Source: Spirochaetota bacterium (GTDB lineage Bacteria > Spirochaetota > UBA4802 > JAGODF01). Taken from it: a DNA stretch of 60,043 nucleotides. Position 1 is the stretch's first letter. Each line of letters begins with the position of its first letter. Location of the stretch: positions 1-60,043 of the forward strand of contig JAOAAF010000003.1 in the NCBI GenBank assembly GCA_026419015.1, given 5' to 3'. Shown piece after piece: positions 39,510 through 50,341 of this stretch. A program made the position numbers and the translations under genes. A model generated the notes under the pieces. That model worked only from the letters and a program-made list of their open reading frames with translations, had not been told where the DNA came from and did no database searches.

Positions 39510-39977
39510 TTACGCAGTTTTATCCTGAATTTTACGAGCTTTCTTTCTCAGTACGGCACTGCCACCTACCTTTTTTATTTTCTCAATCGCGCTCTTCGAA
39601 AAGGCATCAGCGACAACGGTACACGCTGTGGTAATTTCACCAACTCCTAATATCTTTATTTTTTTATCCTCTTTTTTCACTAACCCATGGGCGCGCATCA
39701 CCGATGGGGTAATTTCCGCAACTCCGAGCTTCGCAATCCGGTCAAGATTTACTATTTGATATTCTTCTTTCATGAAATTATTAAAGCCACGTTTTGGCAA
39801 TCGCCGTTGAATCGGCATTTGCCCCCCTTCAAACCATGGCCTTCGCTTACTGCCAGATCTGCTCAATTGCCCTTTTTGACCGCGCGTGGAAGTTTTCCCC
39901 ATGCCGCTTCCTGGTCCGCGACCTACTCTCTTTCGCGTTTTGTGCGATGTCGGTTTTTTTAGCACATACGTTTCCAT
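39510..39977 (-). CDS. rplO: 50S ribosomal protein L15
   Basis: RVGRGPGSG.GKT, FEGGQMP. Confidence 0.99.
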   Translation of the reverse strand: METYVLKKPTSHKTRKRVGRGPGSGMGKTSTRGQKGQLSRSGSKRRPWFEGGQMPIQRRLPKRGFNNFMKEEYQIVNLDRIAKLGVAEITPSVMRAHGLVKKEDKKIKILGVGEITTACTVVADAFSKSAIEKIKKVGGSAVLRKKARKIQDKTA

Positions 39978-39992
39978 ATACTCACCGATCTT

Positions 39993-40181
39993 TTACTCGT
40001 CGATTTCGATAACTTTTACCATATGCGATACGCGCGCAATCATGCCACGTATCACTGGATTATCATCATGAACGCGTTCTGCATTCATTTTGCGCAACCC
40101 AAGCGCCCGCATTGTCGCGCGCAATTTTGGTTTCGCCCCTATTGTGCTTTTTATCTGCTTCACTTTAAGCTTCTTTGCCAT
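39993..40181 (-). CDS. rpmD: 50S ribosomal protein L30
   Basis: KSTIG...ALGLRK...IRGMI. Confidence 0.97.
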   Translation of the reverse strand: MAKKLKVKQIKSTIGAKPKLRATMRALGLRKMNAERVHDDNPVIRGMIARVSHMVKVIEIDE

Positions 40182-40698
40182 ACGCACCCCACAACTTCTT
40201 TATGGTCACTTCCCTCATTTCCGCAGCTTCGCTTAAATTTCTGAGTTGAAGTAATCCCTTCATCGTCGCTTTCACGACATTTTGTGGATTTCTCGAACCA
40301 ATCGTTTTTGCTAAAATATCCGCAATACCTGCACGCTCTAATACTGCACGTACCGCACCGCCTGCAATCAGTCCAGTGCCTGGCGTTGCTGGTTTTAAAA
40401 TCACTTTCGATGTTTTAAATTTCCCAACTATCTCGTGCGGTATGGTATGTTTGTTGATGCTTATTTTGTACAAATTCTTTTTCGCGCTTTCTACACTCTT
40501 TCGAATAGCATCGGGAACTTCATTCGCTTTTCCAAATCCAATGCCCACATGCCCTTGCCCATCGCCAACAACTGAGAGCGCATTGAATGAAAATCTTCGT
40601 CCACCTTTCACAACTTTCGCTACTCGATTAATAGCAATAACTTTCTCGGTTAATTCAAGCCCTTCAGGACTTACATGTTTCTTTTTAATATTCATCAT
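40165..40698 (-). CDS. rpsE: 30S ribosomal protein S5
   Basis: [16 protein letters not shown]; start uncertain (40695-40719). Confidence 0.98.
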   Translation of the reverse strand: MMNIKKKHVSPEGLELTEKVIAINRVAKVVKGGRRFSFNALSVVGDGQGHVGIGFGKANEVPDAIRKSVESAKKNLYKISINKHTIPHEIVGKFKTSKVILKPATPGTGLIAGGAVRAVLERAGIADILAKTIGSRNPQNVVKATMKGLLQLRNLSEAAEMREVTIKKLWGAYGKEA

Positions 40699-40715
40699 CA
40701 ATACTGCTCCTGTTT

Positions 40716-41078
40716 TCAAAATTCAAGGCCAGCTTCTCGCGCTGCTTCAGCAAACGATTTTACTTTCCCATGATATAAATTTCCATTGCGATCGAACACT
40801 ACTTTTTTTATTCCCTTTTCTAATGCCCGTTTCGCTAATATCTTCCCCAATTCCTTAGCCGCTTCAATATTCTTTTTTCCGCGCAATGGGAAATCTTTTT
40901 CCATCGTCGTTGCATACACTAACGTGTGACCTTTTAAATCATCAATTACTTGAACAGTAAGATGTTTATTCGATTTCGAAAAACAGAGCCGTGGCCTCTC
41001 GGGGCTTGTGATTAGTTTTCGTTTTACTCGCATTCTCCTTCGGAATGCTCGTGCTTTTATTTTCGCAAGTTTATTCAT
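40716..41078 (-). CDS. rplR: 50S ribosomal protein L18
   Basis: RPRL, VVFDRNG..YHGKV, REAGLEF. Confidence 0.98.
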   Translation of the reverse strand: MNKLAKIKARAFRRRMRVKRKLITSPERPRLCFSKSNKHLTVQVIDDLKGHTLVYATTMEKDFPLRGKKNIEAAKELGKILAKRALEKGIKKVVFDRNGNLYHGKVKSFAEAAREAGLEF

Positions 41079-41623
41079 TATTTTTTACCCGTCTTTCCAG
41101 CTTTTCTTCTTATTTTTTCTTCCGCATACCGAATCCCCTTACCTTTATAAGGTTCTGGGGGTTTAAGTTTGCGGATATTTGCTGCAACCTGACCAACTTT
41201 TTGTTTGTTGATTCCTTTCACCTTTAATTTTGTTGGCTCAAGCACTTCAACAGTAATGCCTTCCGGTGGTGAAAAAAGCACGCTGTGCGAAAACCCCAAC
41301 TGAAATACTACATCATTTTTCTGCTGTTGAGCCCTATAGCCAACCCCAACGATTTCAAGATTCTTTTCAAAGCCATTTGTGACACCCATTATCATATTGG
41401 CAATTAGCGCACGGTGTAGGCCATGAGCGGCGCGAATGCGCTTGTCATTCACATCGCCAACAGCTTCGACCAAAAGTGTATTTCCCTCTTTTTTTAGGGT
41501 CACACAATCCATAAGCTCAATAGAATCGGACCCTAATTTACCTTTTACGGTAACTTTTCTTCCATCAATTTCTACATTTACTCCATCAGGAAGAATTATT
41601 GGTTTTTTCCCTATTCGTGACAT
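41078..41623 (-). CDS. rplF: 50S ribosomal protein L6
   Basis: MSRIGKKPI, PEPYKGKGIRY. Confidence 0.99.
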   Translation of the reverse strand: MSRIGKKPIILPDGVNVEIDGRKVTVKGKLGSDSIELMDCVTLKKEGNTLLVEAVGDVNDKRIRAAHGLHRALIANMIMGVTNGFEKNLEIVGVGYRAQQQKNDVVFQLGFSHSVLFSPPEGITVEVLEPTKLKVKGINKQKVGQVAANIRKLKPPEPYKGKGIRYAEEKIRRKAGKTGKK

Positions 41624-41640
41624 TGCACAATTAATCCTTT

Positions 41641-42042
41641 TTACAATATTTCACAAATAACTTCGCCACCCACATTTAATTTTTTTGCAGTTTTATTCGT
41701 AATTATCCCCCTCGATGTCGAGAGAATGCGAATCCCCACATTATTATATACTGGTCGAATGTCTTTTGCTTTTACATATATTCTTCTTCCAGGCGAACTA
41801 ATTCTTCGCATCTTCATAATTGCGGGCGTATTATCGGCGTTGTATTTAAAATAAACCCGCAAAATCTTTTGCTTATTATCATCAATCAATTTGTAATTCT
41901 TAATAAAACCTTCGTCTTTTAATATTCTCGCAATTGCAAGTTTCATTTTTGATGATGGAATATCAGCTTTTAAATGATTAGCTTTCATCGCATTGCGCAT
42001 CCGCGTTAACATATCAGCAATTGGATCGCTCACTCTACTCAT
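41641..42042 (-). CDS. rpsH: 30S ribosomal protein S8
   Basis: DPIADMLTRMRNA, STSRGI, GGEV. Confidence 0.98.
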   Translation of the reverse strand: MSRVSDPIADMLTRMRNAMKANHLKADIPSSKMKLAIARILKDEGFIKNYKLIDDNKQKILRVYFKYNADNTPAIMKMRRISSPGRRIYVKAKDIRPVYNNVGIRILSTSRGIITNKTAKKLNVGGEVICEIL

Positions 42043-42069
42043 TCTATGCTCCACTTATTTAAAATAATA

Positions 42070-42255
42070 TTACCATGAAGATTTAATCACACCGGGAATT
42101 TTTCCCTCATTCGCTAATTTTCGAAAACATATTCGGCACATTTCAAAACGGCGCAAATACCCCCTTGGCCTGCCACAAAGCTTGCACCGGTTGTGGTGAC
42201 GCACTCGAAATTTCGGGGGCTTTTTGCTTTTCGCAATCATTGATGTTCTTGCCAT
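42070..42255 (-). CDS. rpsN: 30S ribosomal protein S14 (type Z, 61 aa)
   Basis: RCKLCGRPR...CRICFR...PGVIKSSW. Confidence 0.98.
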   Translation of the reverse strand: MARTSMIAKSKKPPKFRVRHHNRCKLCGRPRGYLRRFEMCRICFRKLANEGKIPGVIKSSW

Positions 42256-42259
42256 TATG

Positions 42260-42808
42260 TTAACCCTCTTCCCTAAACGGCATTTTAAACTCTTCAAGAA
42301 GCGCTTTTGCTTCCTCTTTGGTTTTCGCAGTAGTAACGATAGTGATATTCATGCCGTGAATTCGTTCCACTTTATCGAAATCAATCTCTGGAAATATTAT
42401 TTGCTCCTTAATGGAAAAATTATAATTCCCAAAATTATCAAATGCTTTAGGGGAAAGCCCTTTAAAGTCCCTTACGCGCGGAAGGGATATATTAATAAGC
42501 CTATCTAAAAATTCATACATCCTATCCCTTCGCAAGGTAACGCGACAACCCACTTCATATCCTTCGCGAATTTTAAAGTTCGAAATAGCCTTTTTTGCAT
42601 ACGTCTTTACGGCACGCTGTCCAGTAATAAGAGTCAATTCCTCCACCGCAGCATTCAGCGCGTTCACATTCGCATGCCCATCGCCCATCCCCACATTAAG
42701 CACAATTTTTTCCAATCGCGGCACTTGCATAATCGATTTATATTTGAAACGTTCAAAAAGCCGCTTTTGAATTCTTTTATTGTATTCTTCTCTCAACCTG
42801 CTGGCCAT
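42260..42808 (-). CDS. rplE: 50S ribosomal protein L5
   Basis: [19 protein letters not shown]. Confidence 0.99.
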   Translation of the reverse strand: MASRLREEYNKRIQKRLFERFKYKSIMQVPRLEKIVLNVGMGDGHANVNALNAAVEELTLITGQRAVKTYAKKAISNFKIREGYEVGCRVTLRRDRMYEFLDRLINISLPRVRDFKGLSPKAFDNFGNYNFSIKEQIIFPEIDFDKVERIHGMNITIVTTAKTKEEAKALLEEFKMPFREEG

Positions 42809-42822
42809 CGCAAAACCCTCAA

Positions 42823-43143
42823 TTAAATTTCCTTATTGCATTTTTTACACTTTCGTATCTTTTTATCACCAGTAATTTCAAAACCTACACGAACCCCTTT
42901 TTTGCACTTATCGCAAAAAAGCATCACATTTGATATATGAATTGGATACTCAAGCGTGATAACACCGCCCTTTGGTGCATCCTGGCTAGGGCGCACAAAT
43001 TTTTTCTTCTTGTTTACCCCTTCGACAACTACTCTCCCTTTCTTTGAATCGATATGAAGAACTTTGCCTCTTTTCCCTTTGTCCTTCCCAGTAATTACCA
43101 CTACCGTATCGTTTTTCTTAATTTTTTTACAAACTCCTTGCAT
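42823..43143 (-). CDS. rplX: 50S ribosomal protein L24 (with CxxC pairs)
   Basis: [24 protein letters not shown]...CKKC. Confidence 0.98.
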   Translation of the reverse strand: MQGVCKKIKKNDTVVVITGKDKGKRGKVLHIDSKKGRVVVEGVNKKKKFVRPSQDAPKGGVITLEYPIHISNVMLFCDKCKKGVRVGFEITGDKKIRKCKKCNKEI

Positions 43144-43179
43144 TGCGCATTCCCTCTTCACACATTGTATTGCTCTTTT

Positions 43180-43572
43180 CTACAATACCTCTGGAGCTAG
43201 CGACACAATTTTCATAAAATTCCGATCGCGAAGTTCCCTGGCTACTGGGCCGAAAATTCGCGTACCGCGCGGTTCCCCTTTATTATCAATGATTGCAACA
43301 GCATTATCATCAAAACGAATATACGTACCATCTTTTCTTCTAACCGCGCGTTTTGCGCGAACAATCACTGCTCGCAACACTGCTTTCCCATGAACTTTTT
43401 TCCCCGTTGAATCTTTCAATCCATACGAAGGGTGAGCATCCTTTACTGCTACAATAATTACATCGCCTACTGTTGCGTACCGCCTTCGCGTTCCACCCAA
43501 AATTTTTATACATTGAACTTTTTTCACACCGCTGTTGTCTGCGACATCGAGCATCGTTTCTACCTGAATCAT
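43180..43572 (-). CDS. rplN: 50S ribosomal protein L14
   Basis: VADNSG, IRFDDNA, SLAPEVL; carries an internal insertion. Confidence 0.99.
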   Translation of the reverse strand: MIQVETMLDVADNSGVKKVQCIKILGGTRRRYATVGDVIIVAVKDAHPSYGLKDSTGKKVHGKAVLRAVIVRAKRAVRRKDGTYIRFDDNAVAIIDNKGEPRGTRIFGPVARELRDRNFMKIVSLAPEVL

Positions 43573-43581
43573 ATCGCACCT

Positions 43582-43851
43582 CTATTTCGCTTTCTGTACG
43601 ATTTCCAATAACCTAAAGCGCTTTTCCTTTGAAAGCGGTCTTGTTTCAACAATCCGAACTACATCGCCAATGCTGCACTGGCTTTTTTCATCGTGCGCCT
43701 TTACTTTCTTATGAATCTTCACAGATTTTTTGTACAATGGATGCAACTTCATCTGTTCAAGGCGCACCACAATTGTTTTATCCATTTTATTGCTCACCAC
43801 AACTCCTGTGAGAACTTTCTTCGCCTTTTTCACTTCTTTTGCATTTTCCAT
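43582..43851 (-). CDS. rpsQ: 30S ribosomal protein S17
   Basis: [21 protein letters not shown]. Confidence 0.99.
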   Translation of the reverse strand: MENAKEVKKAKKVLTGVVVSNKMDKTIVVRLEQMKLHPLYKKSVKIHKKVKAHDEKSQCSIGDVVRIVETRPLSKEKRFRLLEIVQKAK

Positions 43852-43875
43852 ACATTCACCACAATTACCGATATA

Positions 43876-44085
43876 TTACGTTCGCTTGGGAGTTCTTATT
43901 CCCAACTTGTATTCATTTTTTAAGGTAAGTATCCGTGCAATATTCCTCTTTAGTTGTTTGATCTTTTGCGGGTTATCCAATTTGCTGGTCACCGCTTTAA
44001 ACCGCTCTTTGCGCAATTCTTCCTTACTTTCCCTAAGTATCCGATTGAGTTCCTCTATTCCCATTTCATCAAACTTACCTTTCAT
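43876..44085 (-). CDS. rpmC: 50S ribosomal protein L29
   Basis: LDNP..IKQLKRNIARILT; position in the operon. Confidence 0.96.
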   Translation of the reverse strand: MKGKFDEMGIEELNRILRESKEELRKERFKAVTSKLDNPQKIKQLKRNIARILTLKNEYKLGIRTPKRT

Positions 44086-44143
44086 TTTTCATGCCCCAAA
44101 ATTTAAAAAATCTTTACTTGTAACGCATCTTCCCTTTGTACAT

Positions 44144-44560
44144 CTACCGATGATCCTGAATCGTAATGACCTTCGTCTTCACAGGTAATTTGCTCGAAGC
44201 TAATTGCAGGGCCTCTTTTGCTAACGCATAATCTACACCTGCAATTTCAAAAAGTATTCTTCCCGGTTTCACCCGAGCTTCCCAACCTTCTGGATTTCCT
44301 TTCCCTTTCCCCATGCGCGTTTCAGCTGGTTTTTTCGTGAAAGGATAATCGGGGAAAATGCGAATCCATAACTTCCCACCTCTTTTCAATTTTCGATTTA
44401 TCGCAACGCGGGCAGCTTCTATTTGCTTACTGGAAATTCTCCCTGGTTCCAACGATTTCAATGCGTGCTCACCAAAAGCAATTGATGAACCTCGATATGC
44501 TTTTCCTTTTAATCGCCCCCGTTGAACTTTGCGATACTTTGTTCGTTTTGGCATTAACAT
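44144..44560 (-). CDS. rplP: 50S ribosomal protein L16
   Basis: [19 protein letters not shown]. Confidence 0.99.
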   Translation of the reverse strand: MLMPKRTKYRKVQRGRLKGKAYRGSSIAFGEHALKSLEPGRISSKQIEAARVAINRKLKRGGKLWIRIFPDYPFTKKPAETRMGKGKGNPEGWEARVKPGRILFEIAGVDYALAKEALQLASSKLPVKTKVITIQDHR

Positions 44561-44571
44561 AACGCTAACCC

Positions 44572-45258
44572 CTATTTCTCACGCGAACGCCTGCGCGGTT
44601 GATATTTGCTCTCTTCGCTTTCCTCATCTTTAGAAAGAACTTCTCCGTTATAAACCCATACCTTAATTCCAATAACGCCAAACGTCGTCAACGCTTCTGC
44701 CGTACCATAGTCAATATCCGCACGAAGTGTGTGAAGCGGAATGCGCCCTTCTTTATACGATTCCGAACGCGCTATTTCAGCTCCGTTTAGTCGTCCTGAT
44801 ACGGCAATTTTTACCCCCAATGCACCTGCACGAATTGCGCCGGCAATCCCTTGCTTTACTGCTCTGCGATAAGGGAATCGCGCTTCCAGTTGCGATGCAA
44901 TTTGCTCTGCGATGAGCTTTGCATTTTTCTCAGGTTTCTTAATTTCAACTATGTTAATATACACATTCTTCGACGCTATCTTTTGTATATCCGCTTTTAG
45001 TTTTTCAATATCAACACCTTTTCTCCCAATTAAAAGACCTGGTCGCGCAGCATGAATGTTCACATTTATACGGTCGTGAAGCCGCTCTATTATTACATTC
45101 CCAATTCCCGCGCTCTTATGCGCTTTGTTTATAAAATTGCGTATTGCAAGATCTTCATGTAAATACTTGGCGTAATTTTTTTTATCCTCGTACCAAATTG
45201 AATCCCAGGTTTGTATTACGCCAATTCTAAAGCCTATTGGATTAACCTTTTGACCCAT
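44572..45258 (-). CDS. rpsC: 30S ribosomal protein S3
   Basis: [22 protein letters not shown]. Confidence 0.99.
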   Translation of the reverse strand: MGQKVNPIGFRIGVIQTWDSIWYEDKKNYAKYLHEDLAIRNFINKAHKSAGIGNVIIERLHDRINVNIHAARPGLLIGRKGVDIEKLKADIQKIASKNVYINIVEIKKPEKNAKLIAEQIASQLEARFPYRRAVKQGIAGAIRAGALGVKIAVSGRLNGAEIARSESYKEGRIPLHTLRADIDYGTAEALTTFGVIGIKVWVYNGEVLSKDEESEESKYQPRRRSREK

Positions 45259-45285
45259 CTGACTGTCCTTTTCCCATTGGTAATC

Positions 45286-45630
45286 TTAACTCTCATCAGA
45301 CAACACAATAGTAATTGTGCTCGTCCGTTTTCGAATGCGCGTTGCTCTTCCTCGCGCTCTCGCTCGAAAACGCTTCAATGTTGGACCTACATCAACAGTA
45401 ATCTTTTTAATATACAAATCCTTTTCCAAAATATCTGGATTTTGATATTTTGCATTCGCACCTGCTGAATAAAGAACCTTTAAAATTAATTTCGATGCTT
45501 TCCGCGGTATTGCTTTTAAAATATCAACTGCTTCTGGAAATGAATATCCCTTTATTTCATTTGCAACAATTCTCGCTTTCGATGCAGAAATTCGATTATA
45601 TTTTGAAATCGAAAAAGATTCCATATTCAT
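45286..45630 (-). CDS. rplV: 50S ribosomal protein L22
   Basis: RISASKARIV, GPTLKRFRARARGRA. Confidence 0.98.
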   Translation of the reverse strand: MNMESFSISKYNRISASKARIVANEIKGYSFPEAVDILKAIPRKASKLILKVLYSAGANAKYQNPDILEKDLYIKKITVDVGPTLKRFRARARGRATRIRKRTSTITIVLSDES

Positions 45631-45636
45631 TAACCT

Positions 45637-45924
45637 CTATTTGCTTTTCTTTGCAATTTTATCATCCTTACTCGTATGACCACGATATGTCCGCGTCGGT
45701 GCAAACTCGCCTAATTTGTGCCCAACCATATTTTCTGTCACATACACAGGGATAAAATTTTTTCCATTGTGTACCATAATCGTGTGCCCAATCATTTCCG
45801 GAAATATTGTCGAACGCCTCGACCACGTCTTTATCGATTTTTTGGTATTTGACGAATTCATCTCTTCAATCTTTTTAAAAAGATTCATATCGATATATGG
45901 ACCTTTTTTTATCGACCGTGACAT
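45637..45924 (-). CDS. rpsS: 30S ribosomal protein S19
   Basis: [17 protein letters not shown]. Confidence 0.99.
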   Translation of the reverse strand: MSRSIKKGPYIDMNLFKKIEEMNSSNTKKSIKTWSRRSTIFPEMIGHTIMVHNGKNFIPVYVTENMVGHKLGEFAPTRTYRGHTSKDDKIAKKSK

Positions 45925-45926
45925 AC

Positions 45927-46751
45927 TTATTTCCTTCTCTTTATAATCATTTTATTGCTATACTTCCTCTTTTTTCGCGTTTTATATCCCTTCGTTGGAA
46001 CACCCGTCGGTGAGACAGGATGACGCCCTCCTGACGTTTTCCCTTCCCCTCCACCCAAGGGATGATCAATTGGATTCATCGCAACCCCACGAACCTTTGG
46101 CCTTTTTCGCAACCAACGAGATCTTCCTGCTTTGCCAATTGTTACATTAATGTGATCCTTATTCCCAACTTCACCAATACATGCATAGCATTCCTTATGA
46201 ATTTTTCGTATTTCACCCGATGGCAATTTTACAAGGCAGTAATCGCCTTCCTTCGCAGTAATTTGAGCAGTTGCCCCCGCAGAACGCACTAGTTGTCCAC
46301 CCTTTCCTCTCGTCAATTCAATGTTATATATATTTGTCCCCGTAGGGATTTTCTTCAGTGGGAGTGCATTGCCCACCTTAATTTCGACATCTTCGCCCGA
46401 GATCACCGTATCGCCTACTTTTATCGAATCCGGCGTAATGATATAGCGTTTTTCACCATCTCTGTATGTCACCAATGAAATATTTGCAGAACGATTTGGA
46501 TCGTATTCTATGCTCGTAATTACACCTTCAATACCGTACTTGTCGCGCTTAAAATCAATGATCCGATACTTGCGCTTATGCCCACCACCTTTTCTGCGAA
46601 CAGAAATCTGGCCTTTATAACCGCGCCCGGCATACTGCTTTTGACCTTTCGTAAGCGGTTTATATGGCTTTTCTTCAGTTAACTCATCAAATGCCAAAAC
46701 GGTTTTAAACCGAAGAGTTGATGTTACTGGTCTAAACTTTTTCAAACCCAT
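45927..46751 (-). CDS. rplB: 50S ribosomal protein L2
   Basis: [25 protein letters not shown]. Confidence 0.99.
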   Translation of the reverse strand: MGLKKFRPVTSTLRFKTVLAFDELTEEKPYKPLTKGQKQYAGRGYKGQISVRRKGGGHKRKYRIIDFKRDKYGIEGVITSIEYDPNRSANISLVTYRDGEKRYIITPDSIKVGDTVISGEDVEIKVGNALPLKKIPTGTNIYNIELTRGKGGQLVRSAGATAQITAKEGDYCLVKLPSGEIRKIHKECYACIGEVGNKDHINVTIGKAGRSRWLRKRPKVRGVAMNPIDHPLGGGEGKTSGGRHPVSPTGVPTKGYKTRKKRKYSNKMIIKRRK

Positions 46752-46823
46752 GTCCGTGCCTTTGGATTCATCATAAATTTCATAATTTGAAAACTCTCAT
46801 TGCCCGTTGCAAAATTTATTCCC

Positions 46824-47108
46824 CTATTGCCCTTCAAAAAGCTCAATTTTATCGCCTTCTTTCAATGTCACAATCGCCTTCTTCCACGATGAAGTATATC
46901 CGTAGTTATATCGTACTCGCTTTCTACGACCGCGTACATTTATAATATTAACGCATACCGGCTCAACATTAAATATCTCTTTAATCGCTCGTTTCACTAT
47001 CTTTTTATTCGCTTTTTTTGATACTCGAAAGACATACTTCCCAATTTTAGCAAGGGCAGTGCTCTTTTCAGATATTACCGGTTTTATAATCACATCATTA
47101 AAATCCAT
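46824..47108 (-). CDS. rplW: 50S ribosomal protein L23
   Basis: PVISEKS, WKKAIVTL. Confidence 0.98.
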   Translation of the reverse strand: MDFNDVIIKPVISEKSTALAKIGKYVFRVSKKANKKIVKRAIKEIFNVEPVCVNIINVRGRRKRVRYNYGYTSSWKKAIVTLKEGDKIELFEGQ

Positions 47109-47111
47109 CGT

Positions 47112-47735
47112 TTAACCCCTCGCGTACTTCTCGTTAATTTTCTTCAATGCACTTTCGGTAATCACCACTGTCGGAGAATAAAAGATGTCACGTCCTGAAA
47201 GCCTATTCACATTATTAAATAAAAACCACGGGATATTCCGAATCGCGCGTTTAAGCTTTATATCTTCGGTATCAGCAATTAAGATCCCTTTCTTAATGTT
47301 CAGCGCTTTCCCGATCTTTGCAATCTCTTTTGTTTTGCCTTCAACAAGCGAAAAATCTTCTACTACTTTAATTGAATTAATTTTTGCCTTAATTGTGAAC
47401 AACGATCGATATGCTTCTTGTTTCATCTTCTTTGGAAGATCAATCCGATAATCCCTTGGCTTCGGACCAAAAACGGTGCCACCTCCTTTCCACTGTGGGG
47501 CGCGGATACTTCCTTGGCGAGCTCGTCCCGTGCCCTTCTGCCGCCAAGGTTTTATCCCACCTCCGCGGACATCCGAACGCTCTTTCGTACAATGAGTCCC
47601 CTGTCGCTGGTTGGCATTCGCGGCTTTAATGAGTTCGTAAACAAGAACATCGTTGATTTTCGAATTGAACACGCTTTCGTCCAATTCAACTGTGCCCTTC
47701 ACCGTTCCATCAATTGCATATTTATTAACAACCAT
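47112..47735 (-). CDS. rplD: 50S ribosomal protein L4
   Basis: [15 protein letters not shown]. Confidence 0.99.
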   Translation of the reverse strand: MVVNKYAIDGTVKGTVELDESVFNSKINDVLVYELIKAANANQRQGTHCTKERSDVRGGGIKPWRQKGTGRARQGSIRAPQWKGGGTVFGPKPRDYRIDLPKKMKQEAYRSLFTIKAKINSIKVVEDFSLVEGKTKEIAKIGKALNIKKGILIADTEDIKLKRAIRNIPWFLFNNVNRLSGRDIFYSPTVVITESALKKINEKYARG

Positions 47736-47745
47736 GATACCAACC

Positions 47746-48375
47746 CTATTTTGCTCGTACTGTAATGATCGAGTTAACTGTACCCGGGATTGCGCCAGAA
47801 ATTAATACAACATTTTTATCTTTAAACACCTTCATCACTTTCAAATTTTTTACAGTAACAGTTTTATTCCCATGGCGCCCGGGCATCCTTTTCCCTTTCC
47901 ACACTTCAGCAGGAAATGTACATGCACCAATAGAACCTGGTGCCCTGTGGAATGTTGAACCATGAGTTGCGCGCCCACCGCCGAATCCATGTCTTTTAAT
48001 CACCCCTTGAAATCCGCGACCCTTTGAAATCCCCGTTACATCAACAATATCATTTTCTTGAAAAATATCGCACCTAATTACACTCCCCACATCCAATGAT
48101 TCATCAAAAAGATCGATTTCCCTTACCACTTTCATTGGAGCAAGATTTCTCTTTTTAAATTCAACAATTTGTGGCTTCGCTAAGCGATGCTCTTTTGTTG
48201 GAAGAAAACCCACTTTAAGCGCAGCATATCCATCTTTTTGTGGGGTCTTCTTTTGAATTACCGTACACGGCCCTAGCTCACAAATTGTGACCGGTATGAC
48301 GGTACCATCATCTGCAATTATTTGCATCATCCCTTTTTTTCTTCCAATGAGTGCTCGTTTATTCGACTTTTTCAT
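47746..48375 (-). CDS. rplC: 50S ribosomal protein L3
   Basis: SKGRGFQGVIKRH, HRAPGSIG. Confidence 0.99.
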   Translation of the reverse strand: MKKSNKRALIGRKKGMMQIIADDGTVIPVTICELGPCTVIQKKTPQKDGYAALKVGFLPTKEHRLAKPQIVEFKKRNLAPMKVVREIDLFDESLDVGSVIRCDIFQENDIVDVTGISKGRGFQGVIKRHGFGGGRATHGSTFHRAPGSIGACTFPAEVWKGKRMPGRHGNKTVTVKNLKVMKVFKDKNVVLISGAIPGTVNSIITVRAK

Positions 48376-48468
48376 CCTAATATCCCAACCTTACATAATA
48401 ACACATATCCGGTTTACTCTCTGTATCGAACCGGTCTATACAATTATTACAATTTGTAATCAGAAAAT

Positions 48469-48786
48469 TTACGACTTGATGTCGACTGATATACCGGCGG
48501 GCAGTTCGAGTTTCATAAGCGCTTCGATAGTGTCTTCATTTGGATTGATGATATCGATAAGCCGCTTATGCGTTCGTATCTCAAACTGTTCTCGCGATTT
48601 CTTATTCACATGGGGTGATCGCAAAACGCAGAACCTCTCAATTTTAGTTGGGAGAGGAACTGGCCCTGCGACAGTCGCCCCACTTCGATTTGTCGTCGCA
48701 ACAATTTTCGCCGCCGACTGATCCAAAAGTTTTGCATCAAAAGATCGCAATTTCACTCTAATCCGTTGTGTCGATATCCCAGCCAC
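48469..48786 (-). CDS. rpsJ: 30S ribosomal protein S10
   Basis: [21 protein letters not shown]. Confidence 0.99.
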   Translation of the reverse strand: MAGISTQRIRVKLRSFDAKLLDQSAAKIVATTNRSGATVAGPVPLPTKIERFCVLRSPHVNKKSREQFEIRTHKRLIDIINPNEDTIEALMKLELPAGISVDIKS

Positions 48787-48891
48787 TTTCTTCCCTTATT
48801 AAAAATAATTTCAACTTTATAAATGATTCTTTTCAAATCTTATGTGCAAATCGATTTCTCTTCTTTTCAAAAAGCAAGATTATAAATTTAT

Positions 48892-48929
48892 TATGGCAGT
48901 TGCCAGACTTTGAGCCTGGCAACTCCATA
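48892..48929 (-). terminator. Stable hairpin downstream of tuf (terminator or stabiliser)
   Basis: AGTTGCCAGGC-TCAAA-GTCTGGCAACT stem; the U-tract is poor. Confidence 0.5.
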
Positions 48930-48947
48930 TGAACATTGCTTCCTTTT

Positions 48948-50162
48948 TTATTCTAAAATCTTCGTCACAACACCGGCACCGACAGTTCTTCCGCCTTCTC
49001 GTATTGCAAAACGCAGACTTTCTTCCATTGCAATTTCCGTAATAAGCTCAACCGTGAGCTTTACATTATCGCCCGGCATTACCATTTCAACACCTGCTGG
49101 GAGCACAATTCGTCCGGTAACATCCGTAGTTCGGAAATAAAACTGCGGTCGATAGTTGCTAAAAAATGGAGTATGCCGGCCCCCTTCTTCTTTCGAGAGA
49201 ACGTACACTTCGCATTCGAACTTCTTGTGCGGCGTAATTGATCCAGGTTTCGCCAAAACCTGTCCCCGCTCTACTTCATCTTTTCCAATACCGCGCAAGA
49301 GACAGCCAACATTGTCGCCAGCAAGTCCCTCGTCAAGAATTTTTCTAAACATTTCAACACCCGTACATACTGTCTTTTTGGTTTCCCCAAAACCGACAAT
49401 TTCAACTTCATCTCCCGTACGAATCACACCCCGTTCAATTCTCCCCGTCGTAACAGTACCACGTCCAGTAATCGAGAACACGTCCTCAATTGGCATCAAA
49501 AATGGTTTATCGATTGCACGCTTTGGCTCTGGAATATACTCATCGAGGGTATTCGCCAGCTTGATGATACTTCCACACCATTCGCATTCCTCTTTCCCAC
49601 ACGCACATTCCATCGCTTTTAGGGCAGAACCTGGAATTATTGGCACTTCATCTCCAGGAAATTCATATTTCGAAAGCAATTCTCTAATTTCCATTTCCAC
49701 AAGCTCAATCATTTCTGATCTCTCAGACGGATCAAGCATATCAACCTTATTTAAAAACACTACGATATATGGCACATTCACTTGGCGCGCCAACAAAACG
49801 TGCTCCTTCGTTTGAGGCATTGGCCCATCTGTCGCTGCAACGACTAAAATCGCAGCATCCATCTGTGCTGCACCGGTAATCATGTTCTTAATATAGTCAG
49901 CGTGCCCCGGACAATCAACATGTGCATAATGCCGCTTCTTCGTTTCATATTCTTGATGGGATGTGGCAATTGTAATACCTCGTGCTTTTTCTTCTGGTGC
50001 ATTATCTATCTGATCAAATTCAACAGGCTTGTTATGACCACCGACATATTTTGTTAGAACTTTTGTAATAGCCGATGTTAATGTTGTCTTTCCGTGGTCA
50101 ATATGCCCAATCGTCCCCACGTTGACATGCGGTTTACTTCGATCAAATTTTTCCTTTGCCAT
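48948..50162 (-). CDS. tuf: Elongation factor Tu
   Basis: [21 protein letters not shown]. Confidence 0.99.
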   Translation of the reverse strand: MAKEKFDRSKPHVNVGTIGHIDHGKTTLTSAITKVLTKYVGGHNKPVEFDQIDNAPEEKARGITIATSHQEYETKKRHYAHVDCPGHADYIKNMITGAAQMDAAILVVAATDGPMPQTKEHVLLARQVNVPYIVVFLNKVDMLDPSERSEMIELVEMEIRELLSKYEFPGDEVPIIPGSALKAMECACGKEECEWCGSIIKLANTLDEYIPEPKRAIDKPFLMPIEDVFSITGRGTVTTGRIERGVIRTGDEVEIVGFGETKKTVCTGVEMFRKILDEGLAGDNVGCLLRGIGKDEVERGQVLAKPGSITPHKKFECEVYVLSKEEGGRHTPFFSNYRPQFYFRTTDVTGRIVLPAGVEMVMPGDNVKLTVELITEIAMEESLRFAIREGGRTVGAGVVTKILE

Positions 50163-50341
50163 CTGTAATCTCCTTATAAATGTAATTCATAAATTTCTTA
50201 TCTTCGATCACTCCTGAATACCACCCTCACTCTTCCTTTTATATTGTTTCCAGGAAGATCGGCAAATCCTTTTGATTTTGCGATGCGAAGTTGAATTAAA
50301 TTTTACCCAGTTTTTCTGTCAATGAATTAATCCAAAAAATT

